A stretch of 63,928 bases of DNA, filler included, from Octopus bimaculoides (Eukaryota): NCBI RefSeq assembly GCF_001194135.2. It is 6 parts of 5 records of this genome, joined end to end, with 100 filler letters (N's around TTAATTAATTAA, not from the genome) between each part and the next. Parts side by side here need not be neighbours in the genome. Positions count along the whole stretch, not along the records: positions 1 to 15,972 come from NC_068982.1; positions 16,073 to 20,355 come from NC_068987.1; positions 20,456 to 28,435 come from NC_068996.1; 3 more parts are not named here. One strand, 5' to 3'. The position numbers and the translations under genes were made by a program. Position 1 is the first letter of the stretch. Each line of letters starts with the position of its first letter. Positions 10,942 to 21,699 of this stretch are shown here, in pieces. The notes beneath the pieces were generated by a model. It was not told where the DNA came from. It did not search any database and saw nothing but the letters and a program-made list of their open reading frames with translations.

Positions 10942-12528
10942 NNNNNNNNNNNNNNNNNNNNNNNNNNNNNNNNNNNNNNNNNNNNNNNNNNNNNNNNNNN
11001 NNNNNNNNNNNNNNNNNNNNNNNNNNNNNNNNNNNNNNNNNNNNNNNNNNNNNNNNNNNNNNNNNNNNNNNNNNNNNNNNNNNNNNNNNNNNNNNNNNNN
11101 NNNNNNNNNNNNNNNNNNNNNNNNNNNNNNNNNNNNNNNNNNNNNNNNNNNNNNNNNNNNNNNNNNNNNNNNNNNNNNNNNNNNNNNNNNNNNNNNNNNN
11201 NNNNNNNNNNNNNNNNNNNNNNNNNNNNNNNNNNNNNNNNNNNNNNNNNNNNNNNNNNNNNNNNNNNNNNNNNNNNNNNNNNNNNNNNNNNNNNNNNNNN
11301 NNNNNNNNNNNNNNNNNNNNNNNNNNNNNNNNNNNNNNNNNNNNNNNNNNNNNNNNNNNNNNNNNNNNNNNNNNNNNNNNNNNNNNNNNNNNNNNNNNNN
11401 NNNNNNNNNNNNNNNNNNNNNNNNNNNNNNNNNNNNNNNNNNNNNNNNNNNNNNNNNNNNNNNNNNNNNNNNNNNNNNNNNNNNNNNNNNNNNNNNNNNN
11501 NNNNNNNNNNNNNNNNNNNNNNNNNNNNNNNNNNNNNNNNNNNNNNNNNNNNNNNNNNNNNNNNNNNNNNNNNNNNNNNNNNNNNNNNNNNNNNNNNNNN
11601 NNNNNNNNNNNNNNNNNNNNNNNNNNNNNNNNNNNNNNNNNNNNNNNNNNNNNNNNNNNNNNNNNNNNNNNNNNNNNNNNNNNNNNNNNNNNNNNNNNNN
11701 NNNNNNNNNNNNNNNNNNNNNNNNNNNNNNNNNNNNNNNNNNNNNNNNNNNNNNNNNNNNNNNNNNNNNNNNNNNNNNNNNNNNNNNNNNNNNNNNNNNN
11801 NNNNNNNNNNNNNNNNNNNNNNNNNNNNNNNNNNNNNNNNNNNNNNNNNNNNNNNNNNNNNNNNNNNAGTCTTGTGTAGGTGTTTGGGCGTGTGCGTGTG
11901 CATGTATGTGTGTGTAATGTATGCGTATATACGTGCACGCGTTATGTATATGTATGTTTGTGTGTGATGTTCGTATATATGTGGCTGAACGTGTATTTTG
12001 TATGCATGGCTGTGTTCTACACTTATTAGTGTATAATGCATGACCTGAAAGCACACAGGAATAGCAACTTGATGAGAATTGTAGCTTACGTATGCGTGGG
12101 TGGCAACTTGTAATGAAAGATTCTTGTGATACGGAATGTGTGTATGTGTGTGTATATGTGCTCGTGTGTGTGTGTGTGAGTGCATGTATGTTGTTTTTGT
12201 GTACCTATGTGTATGTGTGTGAGTGGCTGAGTATGACTAGAGAATATACAACAGTGCAGAAAGGCTTCCCTGGGTATATTTACCGCGTCATTCTTTCAAA
12301 ATTATAACGCGGCTCTGTGTTCATTCACTAAATTACTAAATGCTTCTGTAGTTATCTAAGATCAGCAGGAACAAGGGATTATAAAAAAAGGTGGGGAAGG
12401 TTCAATCGGTACAACGCCCCATGGCCCGGAGCGCCGAGAAGCAGCATCATCTTAACGCATAGGCACACTAGGTGGTTACCCGGCGGATCCAAGTACCGAG
12501 TAACCCCAAAGCTAATCTTAGTATGTAT

Positions 12529-12597
12529 TGTGGTTGTGTATCGAGGGGCTCTGTGGTTGTGTATCGAGGGGCTCTGTGGTTGTGTATCGAAGGGCTC
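12529..12597. repeat. 23-bp tandem repeat x3 (TGTGGTTGTGTATCGAGGGGCTC)
   Basis: Direct. Confidence 0.9.
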
Positions 12598-12819
12598 TAG
12601 TGCAGCACTCTTTAATGTGGTGAAGATGGCTTTGCGGAAGAGGGGCCTGCACAGGTCTAGAATGCCCGTAACTAATCTATGTATGCTATCGTTGTGTATT
12701 GCTTTCCCAGTGGTCTATATTGCTATGAAGACAGCTCTGCCAAGGAGGCATCCGTGAATATTTGAGGGCCTCCTCTTAAAAGAAAAAAAAAAAAAACACA
12801 GAGCCTTGAAATTTTGAGA

Positions 12820-13051
12820 GATCCCCCATAAAGTTCTGTTCCATAAATTTGTATGTTTTCTCCACGAGGCTAGATATTAAAATGTTATACGTGGTAGAGA
12901 GACATGTTATGGGCCGATAGTTTTGGGAAAATTTGGTTTCATTATTCTTCGGAAGTAGGTAAGTATTACCTCTTGCTAACCAATCGGGTGTTTTCGCAGG
13001 ATCTCTCATAAGTTCATTCATTAATTGATTAACTTTTCGTGTGCTCACGGG

Positions 13052-13052
<1 letters not shown>
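12820..13052 (-). mobile_element. R4/Dong-type non-LTR retrotransposon RT fragment
   Basis: PDWLARGNTYLLPKNNETKFSQNYRPITCLSTTYNILISSL matches the PxWL-G-TxLxPK...NYRPITCL motif of RLE-type RTs. Confidence 0.8.
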
Positions 13053-13093
<41 letters not shown>

Positions 13094-13138
13094 GGTGGCC
13101 TTGTGCCAAAATTTGAAACCATTATTATTATTAATAAG

Positions 13139-13413
13139 ACGGTGAGCAGGCCGAATCGTTAGCACGCCGGGCGAAATGCTTAGCTGTATTTCGTCTGCTG
13201 CTACGTTTTGAGTTCAAATTCCGCCGCGGTCGATTTTGCCTTTCATCTTTTTGAGGTCGATAAATTAAGTACCAGTGAAAAACTGGGATCGATGTAATCG
13301 ACTAGTCCCCTCTCACCAAATTTCAGGCCTTGTGCCTTTAGTAGAAAGGATTATTATTATTATTAATATTTAAGCATCGAAAGGTGGCGAGCTGGCAGAA
13401 ACGTTAGCATGTG
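13139..13413 (+). mobile_element. Tandem SINE B copies
   Basis: Full copy ~13139-13350 ending AAAGG(ATT)n, next head GGTGGCGAGCTGGCAGAAACG at ~13383 runs into a gap; orphan tail at ~13095-13120. Confidence 0.8.
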
Positions 13414-13851
13414 NNNNNNNNNNNNNNNNNNNNNNNNNNNNNNNNNNNNNNNNNNNNNNNNNNNNNNNNNNNNNNNNNNNNNNNNNNNNNNNNNNNNNNN
13501 NNNNNNNNNNNNNNNNNNNNNNNNNNNNNNNNNNNNNNNNNNNNNNNNNNNNNNNNNNNNNNNNNNNNNNNNNNNNNNNNNNNNNNNNNNNNNNNNNNNN
13601 NNNNNNNNNNNNNNNNNNNNNNNNNNNNNNNNNNNNNNNNNNNNNNNNNNNNNNNNNNNNNNNNNNNNNNNNNNNNNNNNNNNNNNNNNNNNNNNNNNNN
13701 NNNNNNNNNNNNNNNNNNNNNNNNNNNNNNNNNNNNNNNNNNNNNNNNNNNNNNNNNNNNNNNNNNNNNNNNNNNNNNNNNNNNNNNNNNNNNNNNNNNN
13801 NNNNNNNNNNNNNNNNNNNNNNNNNNGATAAGAATGTAAGTACTGGGGTGA

Positions 13852-13983
13852 GACAAGTGAGAGATATTTAAACAGTCATTTCTAGACAAGTAAGAGTTAT
13901 TTAAACAGTCATTTCTAGACAAGTAAGAGATATTTAAACAGTCATTTCTAGACAAGTAAGAGATATTTAAACAGTCATTTCTA
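13852..13983. repeat. 33-bp minisatellite x4 (GACAAGTAAGAGATATTTAAACAGTCATTTCTA)
   Basis: Direct; near-perfect units, no spacers. Confidence 0.95.
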
Positions 13984-14224
13984 GATCATAATTGTCGTCC
14001 ATTCGTTTTGAAACAAAAGACTGAACGGAACCAACTATAAGAATAAGCTCTAGACATTATAACGAATATCTATAGATGCTTGCGTTTTTATTTTCCTTCC
14101 TTTTATAATTTCGTTTAGCTTATTCATTCATTCATTCATTCATTCATTTATTTATTTATTATTTGTAAATTGTCAGCGACATTTCATACTGCTGTTGTTG
14201 TTATTTGCTGTTATTAAGATGCCT

Positions 14225-14665
14225 TAAGGCGCCGAGTTGGTAGAATCATTAGCACGCTGGACAAAATGCTTAGAGGTATTTCGTCCGTCTTCACGCCCTG
14301 AGTTCAAATTCCGCATTGGTCAACTTTGCAGATCATCCTTTCGGGGTTGATAAAATAATTACCACTTAAGCATTGGGGTCGATATAATCGACTGGCCTTC
14401 TCTCCAAAAATTTCAGACCTTATATCTATAGTAAAAAAGATTATTAAGACATCTAAAGGCGGCGAGCTGGCAGGATCGTTAGGGAGTCGGACAAAATGGT
14501 TATCTCTTTACATTCTAGTTTCGAATTCCGTTGAGGTCGATTTAACCTTTCATTCCTTTGGGATCGATAATACAAGTACCAACAGTGTCCATAGTTTCGA
14601 TTAGCCCTCTACTCTTTAATCGACTGTTACCCTCCTACCGATTTTTGTCACCTTGTTCCTGTTTT
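14225..14665 (+). mobile_element. Two head-to-tail SINE B copies
   Basis: Heads at ~14228 and ~14458, each followed by core GGGTTGATAAAAT/GGGATCGATAAT. Confidence 0.75.
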
Positions 14666-16614
14666 AGAAACAGTAGCCAATCCATCTATCTGATGCTTGA
14701 TTTACGGCTATAGTTTATCCTGGGCTACATTATTCAATGTATCCTTAGTATTTATAATTAAATTTATGCATTGTCATTCTCATCAGTGTGTGGAATTTTT
14801 GGAAGAACATCAAATAAGTTTAATGAAATAAAATAGAATAAGATAAAATAAGGGAGAATACAGATGGAGTAATAGGAAAAAGTCGGATATTTACAAACAA
14901 GTTGTAAAAGGAAAAAAAAATTATAATAATAATAGTGAGAGAGACGAGAAAGAAAAAGAAAGACATATCAATATGTATGCAAGTCTATATGTGCAGTAAA
15001 CTATAACATAAAAAAAATCTAACGGATATATTTAAAGAAATAGTAACAGGTCGAGACGAAGTATAATGTAAACAAGTCCACGTGTGTCTAGTAGAATATA
15101 ACGCAACAGGTTCACTAGCAGAAAAAAAACCATAGAGGCTTTTACGTATAAATATTAATATTGAAAAACGAAAAAAAGTATGTATGTTACAAGAGGCTTA
15201 AAGCTGAGAAACAAGACTATGTTTGAAAAAGATTCAATATTTAATTAAAAATGTACATACAAGCAGAGAAAAAAAAACTCATCAAAGAAAAGCAACGATC
15301 ACAGACAGGACAGGCCGTGTGATCGTTGCTTTTCTTTGTTAAGTTCTTTTACTATGATTATATATTTTTTCTTACATATATGTATTGTCTTTCGAAACGT
15401 GCATATGTATTGAATCCAATTTTGTACTAAATCTAATTTTGATTCCACATCTTTTTTCTCCATTTTTTAATACTTGTTTATGGTATATTAGTACCTATAA
15501 CGAAATTTTTCAACTATTATTTTCATATTCTTATTACATGCTCTGGCTGATTTTTATGAATATGATGAATCTTTATTAGGAATCAATTTCTCTCTCTTTT
15601 TGGATCTCTCAAAAAGTTCGAATTGTTCTTTTTGAACTTATTTTTTCTCATGTATGTATGTATATATATTTTTATTTCGCTTTTGTATTTGATTTGCCAG
15701 ATTTTTTTATGTGAATTCATGTGTTCAAATATATTCTATTGTGTCTAGAGAGAGTCATTCTCTTTTAGTGCCTTATTGTTTAACACACTCACCATTTCGA
15801 GTTCCACTCATTTATTCTTATCTCTATTCTCATTTATTTATTTTTGACTATAGAAAAAAATGAGAGAAAATCAAATCGGTGAGTTTGTTAAAAAAATAAG
15901 GGCCTAGAAGAGAATGACTCTCCCCTGACACAATAAAATATATGTATATTCTTTTCTCTCTTCAAAAAAATANNNNNNNNNNNNNNNNNNNNNNNNNNNN
16001 NNNNNNNNNNNNNNNNTTAATTAATTAANNNNNNNNNNNNNNNNNNNNNNNNNNNNNNNNNNNNNNNNNNNNGAAGTTTGAAAGTCTTTCGGTACCAAAA
16101 ACACTACATAAAACATAAATGAAAACTGGTGCCCCCGTTTTGAACAAGATCCCAAAATTTTTACAAACAAGGTCGATTTCTTCAAACTTAATTCCAAAAC
16201 AAAAACAAAAATAATAATGATTTCAAATTTTGGCACAAGGCAAGCAATTTTGGGAGGGGATAAGTCGATTACATCGATCCTAGTGCTTAACTGATGCTAA
16301 CTATATCGACCCTGAAAGGATGAGAGGCAAAAAAAAAAAAAAATTAGGTGATGTACATTCACCATCTATTTCTGTGCCTATGAAAGAATATAACATAAAA
16401 TATGATAACGTTCATTACGAGTGTGTTGTAGTAAAACAAACTACACAGCAGTAATCTTCCTGCATCAATGTTTTGCAATGAAACGCAAACGATGTCATAA
16501 GGATTGAAGCTTCATAGAAACTGTGCCTAAATTGTCCAGTTTGTTGTCAAACGGAGAATTCCATACATAAGTCTTAATCAGGCGTGTCTGTCTGGTAAGA
16601 AGCATGCTTCCCAA

Positions 16615-16844
16615 AGGCGGCGAGCTGGCAGAAACGTTAGCACGCCGGGCGAAATGCTTAGCGGTATTTCGTCTGCCGTTACGTTCTGGGTTCAAATTCC
16701 GCCGAGGTCGACTTTGCCTTTCATCCTTTCGGGGTCGATAAATTAAGTACCAGTTACGCACTGGGGTCGATGTGATCGACTTAATCCCTTTGTCTGTCCT
16801 TGTTTGTCCCCGCTATGTTTAGCCCCTTGTGGGCAATAAAAAAA
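16615..16844 (+). mobile_element. Young full-length SINE B (tail type 2) inserted in the head of a SINE A, 19-bp TSD
   Basis: TAAGAAGCATGCTTCCCAA at 16596-16614 and 16845-16863; the SINE A head resumes after it. Confidence 0.92.
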
Positions 16845-17260
16845 TAAGAAGCATGCTTCCCAACCACATGGTCTGGGGGTCCAGTTCCACTGCGTAGCAC
16901 CTTTTGTAAGTGCCTTCTACTATAGCTATGGCTTCAGGCCGAATAAAGCATTGTGAGTGGATTTGGTAGACAGAAACTGAAAGAAGCCCGTCGTGTGTGT
17001 GTGTGTGTGTGCGTGTGCGCGCGCATGTATGTTTGTGTGTGTGCGTCTGTGTCTATCCCTCCACAATCGCTTGACAACCGGTGCTGGTGTGTTTACGTCC
17101 CCGTAATTTAGTAGTTCGTTAATAGAAGAAGATAGAATAAGTAGGAGGCTTTTAAAAATGAAGTACTGGGGTCGATAAATTCGACTAAAATTCCTTCAAG
17201 GTGGTACTGCAGCATGGCTGCAGTCTAATGACTGAAACAAGTAACAAAAAGAAAAAAGAA
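16845..17260 (+). mobile_element. SINE A (head begins ~16580, split by SINE B)
   Basis: Co-linear with the full copy at 18566. Confidence 0.85.
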
Positions 17261-17518
17261 AAAAACAAGACATACACAGCTTAGAAAAATTAAGTCCACA
17301 GCCTTACAACAATTTAAAGCAGTTTGAACAGTTCAAAGAAGACAGCTCTGTAGAGATACAGAAGCTCAAATAAACTCGATGATATGTTTTGCAATGTGGC
17401 ACTCTACCTTCAAGTCGTCAAAGTTCAGTTGATATCATTCTACCATGAATTTCAGACTGTCAATATTTAGAAACTGCTCATTTTAAGAAATAAGACGGAA
17501 AATGTTCTCTAAGATATA

Positions 17519-17741
17519 ATTCGACGGGATGCAGAAAAGTTCTTTGGCTTTGCGTAAAAGAAAATACAGGAAGATCAGTTAATAATGATTTTATTCAACA
17601 TATTCCCCTCTCAGATCCACACACTTATTGCAGTGATATTTCAGTTTTTCTAAGCCCTGTAAAAGAACTCGGAAGGCTGGGCCTCCAACCAGGCCTTTCA
17701 TGTAATCCTTAAAGACAGGAATTTTTCAGCACCTCCTCGTA
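17519..17741. mobile_element. Mariner-derived MITE
   Basis: Imperfect TIRs CGACGGGATGCAGAAAAGTTCTTTGGCTTT / AAAGACAGGAATTTTTCAGCACCTCCTCGTA; - strand retains the mariner C-terminus FYRA...YHCNKCVDLRGEYVE*. Confidence 0.75.
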
Positions 17742-18565
17742 GTTTTCCGTCGAAAAGCGGCGACAGATCTATAAGCAAGTCTGATCCAAAATGGGAAAGG
17801 TCCCGAGACGAAAATTGGTAAAAGTTTCTTCAACCACCTCCTAAACACTTTATTGACCACTGAAACCTCCAAATGCTGTGGCAGTAGCCTTGTAGCTTTC
17901 GTTTCTACCAAACCAGCTGGTTGTTTTTAATAAGCTTTTTGCTTGACCGTATCCTATGTGCTTTCGTCGCCCCAAAGGCTTGATTCGTGTCAAAACTTCT
18001 TCAAAAAGTGCGATAACACAAACGTTTGCAAGCAAAAGTCAAAGGAATGATTTACCCTCAATTTCCTGTCTCCTGTTATTTGATATCCTCTCTGAAATAA
18101 CTTTGAAATTATTGCTTAATTGCAAGACAACAGCAAAAAATAAATAATAATAAAAAAGTAAATAAATAATAATTGGTGGCAATGATTGTGATGGTGAGTG
18201 TTGTTGTTGTTGTGGTGGTGGTGGTGGTGGTCGTGGTGGTCGTGGTAATGATGTTGAAAATAGAATAAAAGTAAAAACAAATAAGTACGAATTTGCAGAT
18301 GTTTGGTGTAGATGTAATAGCAGTAATATTTTGAATGGAGTGGTGCTGATGACAAGAAAAATTAAGATTCTAGAGTGGAATGTATTAATGCTAGATAAAT
18401 AAATGAATAATAAAAAGAATGGTAAGAGAAGAATAAATTGCAGTTAGTAGTGATGATGATAGAGATGATGGTGTTGATGAGGAAGAGAGGTACATTCGTA
18501 GAAAGTTAAAATCTAGAGAGTTGCTAGCAATGACTATTAGAAAAGTATATAATATAATATATAAT

Positions 18566-18963
18566 AGGCGCAGGAGTGGCTGTGTGGTAAGTAGCCTGCT
18601 TCTAAACCGCATGGTTCCGGGTTCAGTCCCACTACGTGACACTTTGGGCAAGTGTCTTCTACTATAGCCTCGGGCCGACCAAAGCCTTGTGAGTGGATTT
18701 GGTAGACGGAAAAACTGAAAGAAGACCGTCATATATATGTATATGTATATATATATGTGTTTGTGTGTCTGTGTCTGTCTCTCCAACATCGCTTGACAAC
18801 CGATGCTGGTGTGTTTACGTCCCCGTAACTTAGCGGTTCGGCAAAGAGACCGATAGAATAAGTACTAGACTTACAAAGAATAAGTCCTGGGGTAGATTTG
18901 CTCGACTAAAGGCGGTGCTCCAGCATGGCCGCAGTCGAATGACTGAAACAAGTAAAAGAGAGT
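18566..18963 (+). mobile_element. SINE A, full-length reference copy
   Basis: GGCGCAGGAGTGGCTGTGTGGTAAG to GACTGAAACAAGTAAAAGAG, with internal (TA)(TG) tract. Confidence 0.9.
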
Positions 18964-19037
18964 AATATAAAATTAATATGGAGCCTCCAAAGAGAAAAGA
19001 AATTTCATGCTAGATCAGCCAGTTGAGTCTTATAAAT

Positions 19038-19110
19038 CGGCGGTCCCCGAGCCTTTTTTACACTATGGACTGGTTTCATAGAAGATAGTTTCTTCATGAA
19101 ACTGGTCCTC
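19038..19110 (+). mobile_element. hAT/Charlie-type MITE terminus
   Basis: CGGCGGTCCCCGAGCCTTTTTTACACTATGGACTGGTTTCATAGAAGATAG is homologous to the reverse complement of 7710-7770. Confidence 0.5.
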
Positions 19111-19439
19111 CTAATATAANNNNNNNNNNNNNNNNNNNNNNNNNNNNNNNNNNNNNNNNNNNNNNNNNNNNNNNNNNNNNNNNNNNNNNNNNNNNNNNNN
19201 NNNNNNNNNNNNNNNNNNNNNNNNNNNNNNNNNNNNNNNNNNNNNNNNNNNNNNNNNNNNNNNNNNNNNNNNNNNNNNNNNNNNNNNNNNNNNNNNNNNN
19301 NNNNNNNNNNNNNNNNNNNNNNNNNNNNNNNNNNNNNNNNNNNNNNNNNNNNNNNNNNNNNNNNNNNNNNNNNNNNNNNNNNNNNNNNNTATATATAAAA
19401 GTGAGGTTGTGTGTGTGTGTATAAACCCACATAACTTCT

Positions 19440-19880
19440 GAAGTTCACAACTGATTTTCTCAGGCCACTATTCTCTCTGGATGTGGAAAAGGAGAGAATT
19501 ACTCTCATTCCATCGGAAGCAGAAATTCCTTTTTCATTCAGACGAGTGCAATTTCCTATTCGTATCAGCTTCACAATGTCTATCAATAAATCCCAGGATC
19601 AAACACTGTCTGTGATAGGACTTCACTTGGAAGAATCGTGCTTCTCAAACGGGCAATTATATGTTGGCTGCTCTAGAGTGGAAAGCAAAAAAAAAAGGTC
19701 AATTTGCATTTGTTCCACAAGGAAAAACAAAGAATATTGTTTACCAAGAGGTTTTGTGGGAATTACTACATCCTACGATGCACTCTAGTATCCACTGCTC
19801 TTTGTGAATGGTGAAGATGGATACCATTTCGGCATAATACCAACAAACCCGAAGACTGCATCTACAAAGCAGTTTCCTGG
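19440..19880 (+). mobile_element. Helitron RepHel relic (PIF1-like helicase C-terminus followed by a Rep N-terminal motif)
   Basis: LQATILSGCGKGE, ITLIPSEAEIPFSFRRVQFPIRISFTMSINKSQDQTL, CFSNGQLYVGCSRV, GKTKNIVYQEVL; then SYDAL*YPLLFVNGEDGYH. Confidence 0.85.
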
Positions 19881-20468
19881 ATAAACTTCAGTATGAAAGC
19901 ACATTCTCCAATTACTCCCACCAACCACGCGGTAAACCATAACGCCTCATTTTTTCAAGCAATTCATTACTACATGTTCTCATGTGACTACATAGGTTCA
20001 GTTTATGTTTCTTATTCTACAGCCACACCAGCAATCCAATGTCAATCCTTCGCCTTCTGCAACATTTCAACAGTTCACTTCCCCGTTGCCGTCTCCCATT
20101 GCAGCCCATTTCCGGAATGTACTCATTTACTTAGAATATCTCCATTACACTTACATTCATTCGACTGTCAATCACACGATGGGTCGTGTTAGACGCAGCA
20201 CCGATCGCCGCATAGGAGAGTATTCCACTGATAGCTTTTCAGTACGTTCAAAAATTACATATCCTCACCCCCAATTGTATGTATGTATGTATGTATGTAC
20301 GTACGTACGTATGTATGTGTGGATGGATGGGTTGATGGATAGTTATATATATATANNNNNNNNNNNNNNNNNNNNNNNNNNNNNNNNNNNNNNNNNNNNT
20401 TAATTAATTAANNNNNNNNNNNNNNNNNNNNNNNNNNNNNNNNNNNNNNNNNNNNAGATAGATAGATA

Positions 20469-20864
20469 GGCGCAGGAGTAGCTGTGTGGTAAGTAGCTTG
20501 CTTACCAACCACATGGTTCCGGGTTCATTCCCATTGCGTGGCACCTTCGGCAAGTGTCTTCTACTATAGCCTCAGGCCGACCAAAGCCTTGTGAGTGGAT
20601 TTGGTAGACGGAAACTGAAAGAAGCCCGTCGTATATATGTATATATATATGTATGTGTGTACATATGTTTGTCCCCCAACATTGCTTGACAACCGATGGT
20701 GGTGTGTTACGTACCCATAACTTAGCGGTTCGGCAAAAGTGATTGATAGAATAAGTACTAGGCTTCCAAAGAATAAGTCCTGGGGTCGATTTGCTCAACT
20801 AAAAAGGTGGAGCTTCAGCATGGTTGCAGTCAAATGACTGAAACATGTAAAGGAGAAAAAAGAA
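20469..20864 (+). mobile_element. SINE A, full length
   Basis: Co-linear with 18566-18963. Confidence 0.88.
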
Positions 20865-21646
20865 TATATATACATCTATATATATGTGTGTGTGTGTGTC
20901 ACTGAAGCCATTCATACATACATAACCTCTCTCTCTCTCTTTTTCTGTCAATTACTCACACATTCACTCACTACAAAAAGTGAATAAAAAAATTTCAGTT
21001 ATCTCTCTCTCTCACACACACACATCAGCACCATTGCTTTCTCTGTCTCTTCACACACACTAAAATAACTTCAGATACACAGCACACTTTCTGTCTTGCA
21101 CACCCCATCAAACACACACACACACACACGCACGCACGCACATCAATTCTTTCTCTTCATGCCAACTTCAAAAAGAACTTCCCTGATCCAATCACACTCT
21201 CTCTGTCTCTTTGGCTTTTATGCCGACTTCAAAAGATCCCCTTTCCCACCCACCCCACATATATAAAAAAATATATGGTATTCGAGTACTCTTTTTTCTG
21301 CCTTGTTTCANNNNNNNNNNNNNNNNNNNNNNNNNNNNNNNNNNNNNNNNNNNNNNNNNNNNNNNNNNNNNNNNNNNNNNNNNNNNNNNNNNNNNNNNNN
21401 NNNNNNNNNNNNNNNNNNNNNNNNNNNNNNNNNNNNNNNNNNNNNNNNNNNNNNNNNNNNNNNNNNNNNNNNNNNNNNNNNNNNNNNNNNNNNNNNNNNN
21501 NNNNNNNNNNNNNNNNNNNNNNNNNNNNNNNNNNNNNNNNNNNNNNNNNNNNNNNNNNNNNNNNNNNNNNNNNNNNNNNNNNNNNNNNNNNNNNNNNNNN
21601 NNNNNNNNNNNATAGCAAAGTCCTTAGGGATCGATCGCCATGGCTG

Positions 21647-21677
<31 letters not shown>

Positions 21678-21699
21678 ATATAAAGTATATTACGAACTA

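Noticed and set aside
13852-13983. CRISPR-like 33-bp repeats
   Set aside because: No spacers; eukaryotic context with no cas genes; plain minisatellite.
15973-16072. TTAATTAATTAA island inside N-runs (also 20356-20455, 28436-28535, 52151-52250, 61645-61744)
   Set aside because: Always exactly 44 N + 12 nt + 44 N = 100; a six-frame-stop scaffolding spacer, not biological sequence.
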